A stretch of 64,000 nucleotides of DNA from Octopus sinensis. Its lineage: Eukaryota. This document shows positions 38,440 through 52,777 of the stretch, one piece after another (positions within the stretch are counted from its first letter, which is position 1; the number at the start of each line of letters is the position of its first letter). Below the pieces are notes generated by a model. It was not told where the DNA came from. It ran no database searches and saw only the letters and a list, made by a program, of their open reading frames with translations. Both the position numbers and the translations under genes were made by a program. The stretch lies in the NCBI RefSeq assembly GCF_006345805.1, contig NC_043016.1, forward strand, positions 19,096,001 through 19,160,000. Direction: 5' to 3'.

Positions 38440-41205
38440 CTGTGGAACTAGTACGATGATTTTATTAGAACCACAGATGTTAAACAAAGCGGGGACAATA
38501 CAAGGGACAGAAGGGATCGGGGCCTTATCGAATGATATGAACAAATATATAATTACGAATGAAGGTGAAACAAAAAAGGAACGGACGCGGAATGGTTTTG
38601 ACAACTTTGTAGTTGTCGTGCAGGTTGGTCAATAGTACCTGCAAGCCTCCGGCCACTTAGTACCGCAATTTACTACGATTGGGTAGTAAGCGCCGTTTAT
38701 CGGTCTGGCATAGTCAATGTATAACCTAGACTATGGGTTCTCCGTCTCTGACCATGATTGATATTTTACCGGCAGTGCTTTAGCCGCAAGTGCGCAACTT
38801 TGGCATGTTCTCACCGAGTTTTCGATATCTCGATCCATAAACAGTCAGTAGACATAACTCTTCATCGGGATGTCCGCTGTGAAATTGTTGCAATACACCT
38901 TTTATAATGAGGTTGGAAACACCTCTCTTTGGGCGTATATCAGAATATCGTCACAAATTGAAAAACTACCGGCATCTGAATTTTTATTCTGTTTATTTTT
39001 TAAAGCTTCTTTTATTTTTGTAATATGCTCAACCCTTACAGCTTTTTGCATTTTGAAACTATAATTTGGTAATATTATATCCCAACGCTGCAAGCGGTTC
39101 GCAATATGAGTCGGTAAACGATTTGTAGACCCATAAATTGACAGCAAAGGTCTATGGTCTGTTCGCAATAAAAAAAAAACTTCTGCCATGCAGAAACCTG
39201 TGAAAATTTGTAACTGCAAAAATAATTGCTAGGGCCTCCTTTTCAATTTGACTATATCTCTTCTCTGCCGCTATTAGCGAGCGCAGAACTTGAACCACTG
39301 ATTTTGTACGTCAGTCTTCGTATTTATGAAGTAGAACTGCACCTAATTCGTGCTCGGAAGCATCAGATACTACAGTGATGTGCATTTCGGGATCCTAATA
39401 TTCTAACGACAAGTCTGATATTAGCATTTTTTTCTGGCATTTAGTGGACCAATTCCACTTTACTCCTTTCTTCATAAGTCGTTCAATGGAGCTCTTAACT
39501 TGTGAATATTAGGAATGTTTTGATAATAGTTTGCCAGCCCAAGAAATACTTGTAAAGTTGGAATATTTGTCGGCGCAGGTATATTCTTTATTGCTTCTAC
39601 CACTTTTGTCAGTTATTTGCCCTAAGTACTTAATTTGGGGAGGAAAGAATTCTAATTTTTCTTCACTCAAAGTGAACCTGAAAACTTCAATTTTCTTAAA
39701 CACAGCTTTTATGTGTTCCACATGCTGCACACAAGAATTACTCTTGATAAAAATATCGTCCAAGTACGGGATTGCAATTTTACAATCAGATAACATAGTT
39801 TCCATGATTTGCTGGAATATTGCTGGTGCCACTTTTAATCCGAAAGTTAATCGTGTGTATCTATTGTCGAATAATTCGATCATTTTTCATTTACTTTTAT
39901 CTGCAAACAGGTTTCAGACAGATCTAATATGGAAAAAAAATTCCAACATTTAACATTGAAAAAATATCTCCTGCAGTTGGGAGTGGATAGTGGTATGTTT
40001 TTAAGCAATCGTTCAATCCTGTAGAGAAATCGACACACAGCCTAATCTCATTATTTTTTACATACCGTGGGTGCCACCCACTTCCAGTAATCCACCTTTT
40101 TGATGACGCCACTCTTTTCGCGTCTGCCCAACTCTTCATTTACCGTTTCAGTTTCCGCGAACGGTACTTTTCTGTTTGCTTTAAATAGAGATACAGCATT
40201 TTCACTTACTTGGAAATAGGTTCCTATCTTTCTACAGAAACCTAAATCTCCTGATAGCACATGCGGAATCATTTTTAAAAATGTTTTCTTCAGTTCTCTA
40301 GAAGACTTATTTTTAATAAGACAATCATTTATGTTACTGCAGTAAATATTTATGGGGAGGTGCCATAAATCGAATAGCTTTGATCAACCTGTGCTAAACA
40401 GATTGATTGTATTATCCACAACGAATAATTTTGCTCCACATGTCTCTACTTGAAATGTGACGTCGATACATGTTTTGCCCATGAAGTGTAATTTATTGCC
40501 CCTTACACCATGTGCTATTTTCGCTGTTTTACTTAATCTCGGTTTACCTATTTCCTTCCAAGTATCTGCATTTATAATCGAGATGTCGCTACCTGTGTCT
40601 AACTGTAATTTGGTATTTACATCACGTATGCACGAATTTTCTTGTCTTTCCGTCACAATCACTCTCCTTAGAACTTTTGTGTTTGAGCTTCATAGTCTTG
40701 CTCTACAATGAGAACTGTGTCCTAGCTTTTGACAACTATAGCATTATTTGTTTTTAAATGGGCATTTCTTTTTCTCGTGTAGGCCTCCACATAACACAGA
40801 TTGGAGTCTCACCTTTTTTATTGTGCTTCCCGGAAGGACACATTTGAATTTTTGCAGAGTCTTTATCTTGTATTTTTTTCACATCAAGTTTTAAGATTTA
40901 CCACTGTATGACATCCTTCTGCGATGGTCTGTAAAGATAAATCTTGGTTCACTTGCTCCATTTTCAAAAGAATCCTTGCCAGAATTTCTATATCTTCAGG
41001 TGCTATAAGTACTTGCACAAAGATAAGTGATTTGAACATATCCTGAGTGAGATCCTGGAGTTTGAAATCTTCGCACATACGATTGACTATTCCAGCGTAA
41101 ATGATAAAATCATCTTCCTCATATTTTGTTAAGTTCCAACACTCCATTCTGATATTGAATAATGAACTTATATCACAAAGATTTTTTGTAAGCAGTTCCA
41201 CGGTT
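38440..41205 (-). mobile_element. Degenerate Ty3/Gypsy (Mag-like) LTR retrotransposon internal region
   Basis: Order on the minus strand: gag 40884-41210, protease LQLDTGSDISII, RT (CVDFSTGLND; YTRLTFGLKVAPAIFQ; YLDDI), RNase H (TDHRPLLSIYG..RLQRW), integrase zinc finger (QQFHSGHP..C..C). No LTR recognised. Confidence 0.9.
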
Positions 41206-41209
41206 TCCA

Positions 41210-44000
41210 AACCAGATCCCTAGCATCTTAACAGGCCCTTCCGTCCAATGTCCCACGACGTTATCGGACGACATGGGCATGCTCCCCCAGGTGCCGAGTT
41301 GCAAGCCGACCGACTTATCCTGATTAATTCTTGCATCTGCCACCGTTTCATATCTTATGATGGCGTTATCTACTCAAGGTAGCTGCCCTTCATCCGACAT
41401 AATGATGGTGATGTCATTCACATACGCGATCGCCGTCTTCCCTCCACTCAGCTCATGCGGGTTGTCCCCTATCGCCTCTAACCTTCGCAACAATGGCTCA
41501 AAAGTCAGCACATACAAAAGTGAAGACATCCCTGGCGAACAGAGTACTTTATTTCGAATAGTTTCGAAAAGCAATCATTCACTCGAAAGACAGACTCGAT
41601 GTTACTGTACATGGCAGCGATCCAAGCTCGGAAAGTCGGGCCCAGCCCGGCGACCCCAAGAACCGCCGGCAGGTACCCATGGTCGACTCAATCAAAAGCT
41701 TTAGACTGGTCTAAATGCACCAGTGCCCCACCTTTGCCAGTAATTTTACCAACCCTCTCTATGGTGTTACATATGAGGTGGAGATTGTCGCGAATCGACC
41801 TCCCAGAAATGGTGCAAGTTTGCGTCTCCTCGACAAGGTTGCCCACGACCTGCGCCAACCTCTTTGCTAACACCTTGGCCAATATCTTTAGCTTTGAATT
41901 AACAGAGTTATGGACCTAAAATTACAGTGTCCCCCTTGTTCGGGTCATTTCTGGTCGAAGTTGTATAGTACTTTTAGGTTCTTCTACATTTCCAAATGCA
42001 AGCAAAATCAACAAGCATATTTGCCTATCTACAGTAATTGCAATATACGTACGTTTTTCCTTCATCTATACTTATTGCCCCAACATAACTTCCTAGAAGT
42101 TCGCTAGCTGCAATAATCTTTTTGATTGTTACTGTTAACTTGTTATATTTTTAATTTTAATTTTCAACGTTTAATTTCAAATATATTTCCTTAAGTTAGA
42201 CGTCTATTTCTAGCAGTTTAACTCTCTTTACCGACCACTGGACTGAAGTTGAATATTCTTTCTGAACACGCTGAGCCTAGAATTCATCTATCTATTTAAT
42301 TATACTTCGATAGCCATAAATGCCTTCTTCTTCCCCTTTACCAAAACCTTAAACCCTGACCTACCCGGACGAAGAACAATACAGAGCCTCTTACCTTTTA
42401 TCTTTATCTCTATTTTACTTTTGCTCATTCTTTCTATTTCCATTACTTGTCCTCTTCCTTTCTTTTCTCTCTTCTTTTCAGTCACTCACAGCCCCACTTT
42501 CTCTATGATTTATCTATCATGTTGTCTGTCTCTCTCACATTATACAGCCACGTGGACCATTTTTTCTTACAAGCTCACCACTTGATCCATTCCTTCGATC
42601 ACAATGCAACATTCAAAATACTGACTGGATTTACTTGGGATTAAACTTCAGGGGCTATATCTTCACGGAAATACGGACTAACTTCCATACCGTCTGGAAC
42701 AAGATGGTCTGTGAACTTTATTTTTCTATCTAGTGTTTTATTCTTTTATATACTGTAAACTCTCTTATATACTGTAAACTCTCAGTCTGGAACTTTCCTG
42801 TATACACACCTTGTCTCCGATGATGGAATAGTTTATGGAGATGTTGACACATCACCTTGGATATCCCAGAAAGAGCTGTAAGACATTAATTACTTCTACT
42901 CCATTTTTGATTCACCTTACTCTAATTAAATATTCTAAATTACCTGAAATATTCGTCCTGCCTTGGTTTTGTTTGCCTTTTCCTTTAATATATACCTGCT
43001 CACTCGGAAGCCTGCTGCCGATACCTAGCTCCAGCCTCAGCCGCGAACTTGGAACCTAACGGATGACCAATTATATCACTTACGCAGCGTATCTATTGTT
43101 TTACCTCATCTATCTATTTAATTACACTTCGATAGCCATAAACCGCTCATATTCTTTATATACATACTAGCATTATGACCCGTCATTGCCGGGTCGTAGT
43201 GCTAGTGCATGTATATATGTGTATATATATATGTGTACATATTACACGTACATCTATATATACATACATCTACACATAAAATACAAGATACAAAGTTATA
43301 TCTTGATATCGCTAGGGATAATACTCAAAATATATAACAGACTGGAATTGTAGGCCCGTCTCTTGCAATTTCGATCAATTGTATCTTGTCCTTCCTCTTG
43401 TATAGAAGTGTGGCTACAATCCAGCCTACCTCTACTTCTGGGGGGACATTTTTAATTTTTATCAGGGACGTCCTACGTCCCAGATATAAAGGTAAAAATA
43501 AAATATTTCCACTTTGCAAGGTTCGAGTCGAGTACTCCTTGCACGCTCCGTTGACTCAAACCTTGATTCTATTGTGGCGAATTTACCGCCTCTGGTTAGA
43601 TACTTGATATCTTTCATAGTCGCACCAAGACACTTTTCGATGGTGCTTTCCTCCAGGTGTTCAAATCTTTTTTTCTCTACATTGTATACTTTATAGACAA
43701 TAGTCTTTTCTTTAATTTAATTTTTTATTTCGTTTGGTGGTGTTATCCTAGATTCACCGTCTTTTTCGATGATCAATCCGAAATAGGTTTGTATTTCTTC
43801 CATTTTAATTTTAATGAGTTCGCGCCCGCCGACGGCTGCAGCGAAATTCATTTTTGGACTTCCTTCTATCGAAGGTATTTTAACAAAAATGCTTCCGTAT
43901 AAACGGTGAAAATATCATCAATTTCCCCAAACAGGGACACAATTCAATTTTTAAACTATAACCAAAGCTCCTTCTCCCAAAGGGGGAGGGTTACGGTTTA
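41210..44000 (-). mobile_element. Degenerate Tx1/L1-clade LINE (ORF1, endonuclease and RT remnants)
   Basis: KILAKVLAKRL..QTCTISGRSIRDNLHLI..LDQSKAFD, LLYVLTFEPLL, AYVNDITI. ORF1-like IKNVPPEVEVGWIVATLL. Confidence 0.8.
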
Positions 44001-44651
44001 CAATTATTTAACAAATGCAACACAACAACGTTTCCCTTTCGAAGAACCAACAAACGTGATAACAATAGTTAAACAGTAATAATAATAACAACAAACCTTA
44101 CGGTGAATCAAAAATCAGTACGCAGTGGAAGCTATAGTCCTTTATGTATAAGAAATAAACCAACAGCAGTACTCAGTAGAAGCGGTTGTTCGAGAAAACA
44201 AACATTACATACAGCCAAACTTCATATATATACTTAATGCTAGCTAATTAGCAGATAATCTAATGTAAAAGCCGTGGTAAAAGGTATGTGCACAGCTCCA
44301 TCTGGACTATTCCATTTCTGCACACTAATTTTATTTTTGATTTATTCCCATTCATGTGAAACCATTGATGCAATTTTATACCAATTGCTAATTTTACTTT
44401 GTTATGTTACGATTTAATTATTATATTATACTTTAGTTTGATTTTAATTATTACTTACTAATATAAAACTGTATTATTCAATTGTTATTATTATCTCTAA
44501 TTTTTATTGTTAAAGTGAAAGCATCTGACATAAAATAGAGAAATGTTTTTGTTTCACTTTTAACACGTAATACTGAAATAGTGGATATTGCTATGGGCTC
44601 GCCCTAGGCAAGAAGTTGAACATTTTTATTTTGTTGCCCATAAAATTACAT

Positions 44652-44860
44652 GGACCCTAAGTAAGGCATGTGTAAAATTTAATTGAAATTGGTTGTGTAG
44701 TTCTCAAGTTTTAGGGAATCATAGTGCCGATGACACTCCCCGGACCCTAAGTAAGGCATGTGTAAAATTTGAATAAAATTGGTTGTGTAGTTCTCAAGTT
44801 TTAGGGAAACACACAGACAGACAGACAGACACACATTCTCAGTTTTATATATAGAGAGAT
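44652..44860. mobile_element. Helitron/Helentron-like non-autonomous end with tandem ~77-bp units and (ACAG)n
   Basis: GGACCCTAAGTAAGGCATGTGTAAAATTT...TTTTAGGGAA occurs twice, then (ACAG)n ACACATT..TTTTATATATAGAG. Confidence 0.5.
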
Positions 44861-45296
44861 ATAAGGAGTAAATATTCAAACGAATATTCATATAGATATT
44901 TTTATTGTTATTACTATCAGCGTCAAATATAAATAATTGAGAATAATAACAACAAAAATGTAGGCGCTAGCAAGCAATCATAGCGGTAAATAGCTAGAGA
45001 CTAAAATTTGTAATTACAATAGAGGGCACACGAGGCACCTACTCACTTACCGGATTTCTGTTGATCCGTTGTATATTTCAGTGTAATTCCGTGGTTTAGT
45101 TGAGTATTTAGCTCCTCTTTCTCGCAAGTAGGCGCCCCATGTGCCGTTCGTTATAATTATAAATTTTATTCTCTAGCTTTTTAACACCATTATTGCTTGC
45201 TACCACCTATTATTATCAATTATTTATATTTACCGCTGATAGTAATAACAATAAAAATATTTATATGAATATTCGTTTGAATATTTATTCCTTATA
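44860..45296. mobile_element. Fold-back element with ~150-bp TIRs; partial second copy at 45505-45655
   Basis: Arms 44860-45020 and 45150-45296 are reverse complements. The core is repeated downstream. Confidence 0.8.
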
Positions 45297-45654
45297 AATA
45301 TATATTATACACTAAAGTCGTTATGAATTTGGTGCGGGACAATTCAGAAAGCCACGGATTCAAACAAAGCGAGTTCGTTTTTCCAACGGTGACGCTTGCT
45401 GAGGAGAATTAAGGCTGTAGCCAAAATTCGAAATCATGATCCAGGTATATCCGATTCTTCATTGTGCAGCTTTAAGCTGTGATGATTTTGTTAATCTTTA
45501 CTCGCTTGCCCGATTTTTGTTGATCCGTTGTGTATTTCAATGTAATATGGTAGTTTAGTTGAGGGTTTAGCTCCTCTTTCTAGCAAGTAGGCGCCCACCT
45601 CGTGTGTCCTCTATTATAATTATAAATTTTATTTTCTAGCTATTTAACGCTATT

Positions 45655-45753
<99 letters not shown>

Positions 45754-46769
45754 ACTGAAAATACATATGAAAATCCGTGCATATCTGTAGAGTTTATATA
45801 CAAATTAGCAAGAAGAATGATTAGGCAGCAAAGTTTATTGCTGGTGAAACAATTGTTGCAATGAAACGCGAGCAACATGTTGAACACTATTTGTATGTAT
45901 CAATTACCTGACGTTATCAGACGCAATATTACTTGAATTATATATATATATAAATTTCAAGGAATATTGCATATGATGACTTCTGGTAATTGGTACATAC
46001 AAATAGTGCACAGGCGGACTTGCTACTTAAATTCGAACTATAACTAAAACGTCAGGATGTTATTAGCTACTTATTGAAGATTGGTTGTAGGCAGTGTTTC
46101 AATCGAGCAGACATGAGTATAATAGAATAAAGGTATATGTATAGGCAAACAACTGGTGTCAGATCCTGTTATGACATGTGTGTATTCAAACAATGACACA
46201 ACGTGAGGGTAGAGTTGATCTATATAAGATCAGTTGATAAATGATATAAGATCAGTTGATAAATTATCTTTATAGTATATACTGGTATTCTCCGGTAACA
46301 GGTATACGGTAAGTCTGAATTATTGCTATTAAGTAAAGTCGGTCATCGTAGGTAGAATCCAGAGCTGGAGAAGAAAGGAAGAAGCAAGAAGGTGTGCAGA
46401 TAGTTTCTTAGAGCTCTTTCAAGAATAAGCGCGGAGAGGATACATTTTCCTGAAAATGATCGGCAGTCAACATTGTAGTAATAATTTATTGTCATTGGAG
46501 GAAGAATAAGGCCTGTCTTGGAGACGCTCAATATGCTGCAATGATCTAAAATATAAAAAAACAGAAGGGAAAACAATTCTGTATAGTTGGTTATCTTCAG
46601 ACCATGTCGGCATATTTTAAGAAACATTTGGCCAACCATTAATATAATGGGACCTGCCCATAGATAGATCCGAGTTCTTTTACACTCAAAGACCCATTTC
46701 CAGAAGCACTTCACCGTGTTATAAAGAAATGAACATTTTACACTAACATCGATTTATCTGAAACTCGGA

Positions 46770-47110
46770 GCGAGTTGGGTTAAAACCATACCACCAGAAC
46801 TAGATTTCTTATAAATGGGGAAATATGTGGCTTTGGAAGACCCTAGCATGCTACTAAAAATTAAAAGATCTGAGAGAAAAATTGGATTAGGATGGGTTTA
46901 AAGATTTTGATTCAAATGAAACTTGAGGCCTGAACAAAATCTTCAGCCTGTAATTGCAGGTGGCGTGAAGATTAGAAGGCCTCGTTGCGACAAGAATGGA
47001 AACACCAATCACCTCAAGGATTTTTGCTTCCAACAACAACATGAACTGACAGCTGAAAGAAAGCTTCAACTACCGCCAGCACCACAACATGAATATCAAC
47101 AATAATAGCA
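46770..47110 (+). mobile_element. Tx1/L1-like ORF1 fragment with a degenerate zinc knuckle
   Basis: VKTIPPELD (cf. IKNVPPEVE at 43.4 kb) and IRRPRCDKNGNTNHLKDFC. Confidence 0.5.
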
Positions 47111-47410
47111 ACAACCACAAAACAACCAGCTACAGCAACGAAAGTAAAAATAACACCAAGAGTAGAAGCAACAGCAACAAAAGGGCAGAGGATAGACCAC
47201 CGTCAAGGACCACTATATATATCACAGACAACAGGAACTACAGCAACAGAAAACCTTCTAAACAGTAACAAATATCTCAACAGAACAATCTGTTAATATA
47301 TATCCCTTCTCAACTCGCACTTGACATGTCATGTGACGAGAATGAAAGATGAAGAACCTAAATAGCAAAAATTTACCTATGGAAAGCAAAGGAGAAACAA
47401 AAAACATGCA

Positions 47411-48000
47411 TACGTGGCTTGATCAATAAGTATCCGGATTGTTGTTATAGTAACGAACCTAAAACACGTAAAGTAAAGCCGGTAGGCACAGATTGAGCTT
47501 GGACTCTGCTATGCATGTCACTAAGTTTTAATGTTCTAGTTCACTTTCGCTCTTCACGGTAGTGCTTGGAATGAACGTGCATAGCGTGTGATCGTCGTCA
47601 CATTGATCATGAGAGGGCAAGTTGAGCAGAGAATCTGCATTGAATTTTGCCCAAAGCTTGGCGATACCTGCTCAGAGACCTAACCAAAGTTTCTAAAAGG
47701 TTTTCATCGTTTTTGACACAATCAAGGAGATCTTGTGCAACTGAAACCCGGGTGTCTTTTTAGTCAGCTAAAAGCAGTTTTGGCACAAACTTGGCAGACG
47801 CGCGTCTCATACCCAAATCTTCATCGATAATGGACTGAGCTGAACTAATCTGCACATCCTCTGATAACTCACGAGTGATGATTCGACGATTTCTTCTCAC
47901 AGCTGCACGCACATCTGCTATTTTTTTCTCAGTTCTGCTTATTGCGGGTCTCCCAGAATGTTCGTCAATAGCTAGTCTTTGACCACCATTGAATTTCTTT
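47411..48000. mobile_element. Mariner (Tc1/mariner) remnant with internal inversion
   Basis: The plus strand has a 5' TIR-like TACGTGGCTTGATCAATAAGTATCCGG and EQRICIEFCPKLG. The minus strand has DEHSGRP..VRRNRRII..LGMRRASAKFVPKLL. Confidence 0.8.
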
Positions 48001-49110
48001 GCACCTAGCCTTTGTCTCCCTGTCTGGATAAGTCTAATGACTTCCTTCAAAATGAACTTTCCATCAGCATCTGCTATAGCGTCTAGAACATTCGATTTTC
48101 TTCCAGTTTTCATTGTGTCTTTGGAGCTTTCTCACATCATCTGTTGTCTTGTTTTTCGTACCTTATATTCTTCTAAAATTGAAATAAGAGGCAACTTAAG
48201 AGGCACATCTAATCATTTTCCAGCGAATTTGTTGATCTTTGACTCCACTACCTCAACTCTGCCCGTGGCAGTTTTGAATATCAGTAGCGGCCACAACAGT
48301 ATGAGTATAAGCATATGCTCGAGACACCACATTTTACGTTTCACCAGCAATGGACAGCAGTCAGTTTTATTGAGACATTCACCGACTTCTAAGTGAACTC
48401 TATCACATGTTTGGTATCTTTCAGGATCTAGGCGTACCATCTCTCCAAAATTTTCACAGGTTGTTTTTATAAAGTCAGTATACTTTGAGCAAGAAACTTC
48501 GAAGTTAGTTTCTTGGCTCATTTTCTCATTTCACAAGGAGGTACTCAGATACTTCTTCGTTTGAAGGTAATCCTACACCTGATCATTAAGTAATTCAATT
48601 AATTAAGCAAATTCCGAGTCTCTGACTCTTTGAATATTAGGATGGAACTGACGTCGTTGAAAATCTATGGCAAGCAATTTGACATCCTTCACCAAGTCCT
48701 GCTGGTTTTTCCTTGCTTTCTGCACCTCTAAGAAGCGCCTACATCACCAGAATAAAGAGTATTGGTGCGACTGCATTCCATTGCAATTTCCACCTCCTGT
48801 CGAACCCAGTTGATTGGGTATTCCCTGCTTCTGAAGCACGTATTAAATCCGGTGAAGTACACATCGAAGGTTTGTATATCCCCCTTAAGGAGAGACATTT
48901 GGTGAGGCACAGAGCCATATGCATTTGTCAAATCCAACAGATCACATCCACATAGATCTTGTTCTCCTTAGACCGCTGTATGTTTTCTCATATCATACTC
49001 CCACTATTCAGGCAACGACTACTCCAGGGATTCTGATTTTCTGAGCAGATGTGCCACTGTACCCTTTGCTCAGCAGATAGTTAATCTTGAAGCCACCAAC
49101 ACGAATAATA
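48000..49110 (-). mobile_element. HERO-clade (R2-like REL) LINE fragment
   Basis: MDLTNAYGSVPHQ (RT motif A), LILLWPLL, EEYKVRK..TGRK..IQTGRQRLG. Confidence 0.65.
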
Positions 49111-49164
49111 CATTCAAGAGTGAGATTGGGTGGAACTGTTGCTCACACGCATCCGCACCAATCT

Positions 49165-49445
49165 CAAGAGTGGCTGTGTGGTAAGAAGCTTACTTACCAA
49201 CCATATGGTTCCGGGTTCAGTCCAGTTGCGTGACACATTGGGCAAGTGCTTTCTACTATAATCTCGGGCCGACCAAAGCCTTGTGAGTGTACGTGATAGA
49301 CAGAAACTAAAAGAAGCCCGTCGTATATATATATATATATTATATATATATATATATGTATGTATGTATGTATGTGTATATATATATATTTTTTTTTTAT
49401 CTAGTTTCAGCTCACTAGCTGTGGCCATGCTGGGGCACCGCCATT
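49165..49445 (+). mobile_element. Composite SINE head (49165-49325) plus an inverted tail fragment
   Basis: GAGTGGCTGTGTGGTAAG..GGTTCCGGGTTCAGTCC..GAAACTAAAAGAAGCCCGTCG. Confidence 0.8.
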
Positions 49446-49504
49446 TATATATATATATTAAATATATATATATAATATATATATATAAATTCGTATATAT
49501 ATAT

Positions 49505-49556
<52 letters not shown>

Positions 49557-50819
49557 GAAATAAATATAAATATGTCTGGTTACGGAGAAGCGACGAAATT
49601 AGCACTCTTTAAATGCCATCTGACCATATACTACACAGACGAATGTTCTTAAACCTTATCTAGGGCGTTGTATATGTTTAAAACTACACATTCTTCTACT
49701 TTGCTTCATTTTCACTTACCCTTTTTTTCTTTGTTTATAACTTTTGTTTTTAATTTTTACTTTTACTGCAAATGTGTTTTATGTAGTTTACTTTTCATTA
49801 TTCAGTTTCTGAACATGATGTAACCTAATGTCAAGGTATGTCCCATATTATTGTAAATGATAGTTCTGTTGACATTTTACTTTCATGATGTGTTTCTGTT
49901 GTAAGTTCAGTTTTGCGTGCATGTGAATACACTTCTCTTTCTTGTGATTTTTAGGAAATTCTACAGACAGTAGAATTTGATTCACATTTGATTCACAAAA
50001 GTGATAATGATGTGTGGCCTAGTAAGAGTATGTAGGAAGTAACTTTGAATTTTATCTTTAATATGTTTCTCACTCCGGAAACTACTTCTTAAAAATGTCA
50101 CGCCTTATATTACATTCAATGATTTCAAATGTTTACAATCTTACAGGGACTTAGTTCAGGAAGAAACTCGGTTAATTAGTTATTTGTATTGATAAAAGTC
50201 AGGCTGAAAAAAGTGATGATTGTATTTTTCACAAGAAAATCTCCATTTTGAAAAGAACAGCAGATACTGTTTTTATTGCTGTACATTGATGCTGGAAAAA
50301 AACTATCAGATCATGAGTTGGTTTCTGAAAATGAATGAATGTTAAGAACTATTGATTAAATTGACAAGGATTAGTATACATTATAAGATATAAACAACAT
50401 GTAATAGCAAATACACTGCGTAAACTTCAAAACAAATCTGTTTTTAAATAAGAAAAATAAACATAAAATATTAGTTACTACGGGATAAATGCTAGACAAT
50501 AAGAATTGTTTGGGTTTATACAGAAATTAATTTGGTAAAAACTCAAAAACAACAGTTTTCTTATCGGATCAACGGATGTTTGGGTCATAGCATTGAACAG
50601 AAAACAAATGTTGGAATTAGCTTACAAGTAATAATGTTACATTTTAAAAAATTGTTTTTTAGAATACTTCTTTTAAGTGACAGCAAGAAATTACGAATAT
50701 ATTTACACAATAATATCCAATATACAATGCGTTGAAATCGTAGAATTTCAAAAAGGTAATACTTGTATGGTTATTCAAAAACAGCCAATACTAATATACA
50801 CCTCGCAATACACAATATA

Positions 50820-51040
50820 GGGCAGCGAGCTGGCAGAATCCTTAGCACACCGGGCAAAATACCTACTGGTATTTCTTCCGTCTTTACGATCTAAGTTCAC
50901 ATTCAGCCGAGATCGACTTTGCCTCTCATCCTTTCGGGTTCCATAAAATAAGTACCAATTGAGCACTGGGGTTGAGGCACGTAATCAATTTACCTTCTCC
51001 TCCGTAATTACTGGCCTTGAGCCAAAACTTGAAACCAATA
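50820..51040 (+). mobile_element. CORE-like SINE
   Basis: Similarity to 8792-9024. Confidence 0.8.
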
Positions 51041-51206
51041 TACCAACAATATGAAATACTGCGTCACCTCTATCATACATCTCAAATCTACATAACAATA
51101 CACTAGACAACCATCAACAATACCATAGACCAAACAAAAACTATCATATACAATACCAGTACAGCTCACTTCATTACACACTGTACACTATATACTATAT
51201 ACTATA

Positions 51207-51465
51207 TCACGTGATCATGTGACCGACCAGGTTATCAGATGTTGCTACACATCGCTGGTCACAATGTGCTTCGCACTGTTTTAGCCTTCAGATGACGCCA
51301 CCCCGCTGGCTAAGCGAGCAAGCCAACAGAAGAAAAAGTGAGAGAAAGTTGTAGCGAAAGAGTACAGCAGGGGTCACCACCACCCCCTGCCAGTGCCTCG
51401 TGGAGCTTTAGGTGTTTTCGCTCAATAAACACTCACAATGCCCGGTCTGGGAATCGAAACCGCGA
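51207..51465 (-). mobile_element. tRNA-derived SINE of a third family
   Basis: Minus-strand B-box-like GCGGTTTCGATTCCCAGACCGGGC followed by a distinct body. Confidence 0.65.
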
Positions 51466-52708
51466 GTACTAATATATACACTATACACTATATACTAATA
51501 TGTATCACACCAAGTTTAATATCCGTCATTATTACAGAGTACATTAACATTACCATACATCACACTAACGCAACGAACAACATGCCAACACTACCGTCCA
51601 CTATACCAACACTACCATATGCTGTACAATCGCTAACAAATATCATACAAACGCTACTATACAATACACCAACACTGCCTCACAATATACCAACATTTCT
51701 AGCAATCAATACAATTCACAAAGAAAACTATTATACACCAACATATTTTCTCTATGGTTTCTTGATTTGCTAGGAAAAATAGCTAAATCACGCTCAATGC
51801 AATATCTTAAAGAAAGGTAAGTTTCTCATAGTTGATCTATTTTGAACATAAGTCTCTTATCATAACTGTCCAGTAGCTTCACTCCAACACACTTATACCA
51901 CAACATCACCACAACATAACAAACTGCAAGGGAACCTCTACGAAGTTGACTAACCTACAAGAAATAGAAGCCGTATCTCCCACAAATAAAAAAAAGTAGC
52001 CATTTGATAATGCCATCTAGCATTTCCTTTAAAATATCAGATGATCAAGGCTAGAATGCCTTTCTTCATATTTCTGCGGGAACAATTTTCACCAGGGACT
52101 AAACAATAAAAACAAAAAAAATAAAACAACAAAGTCATCAATATCGCATTGCTACTACCAACACTACTATACAAATGTCAAAATGTCTTCCACTACAATA
52201 TCACATATAGTTCAACAACTTTCATTCTCATAAACCAGAGTTCAACTTCAGAATTATCTACCTTTGCAGCGCACCACTTGTGTTATTAGAGAAAATTTAA
52301 TGGTCATTCTCTTACTTCAGAAGTTTTATTGAACATACTGGAAGAAATTCAATGAAAATATCTGACATTATACAATGCAGAATGGTTTAGAATTTACACC
52401 ATATATTTCTGATAAACTAAACTAAATATATCATTATTATTTCGGCTATAAACCGCCGCCGTACAATAACATATCAAAATAATTCATAATCTCGATATAT
52501 TGTACCGACTGTATTAAATGATGTCTGCGGAACTAATGGTATAATGTATATGTACATAAACATAAAAATGGTTGTGTGGTTAAAACGTTTAATTTTCAAT
52601 TACCATGATTTCGGGTTCGTTGCACGTTAACTATTGTAGCCTATAGTTGATCAATCACCTTGTGGGTGAAATTTGGCGAATGGAAACTATGTGAAAGCTT
52701 GTTCTATA

Positions 52709-52777
<69 letters not shown>

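Noticed and set aside
49806-49835. AG...GT-bounded 30-nt segment as a coding exon
   Set aside because: It has stop codons in all three frames.
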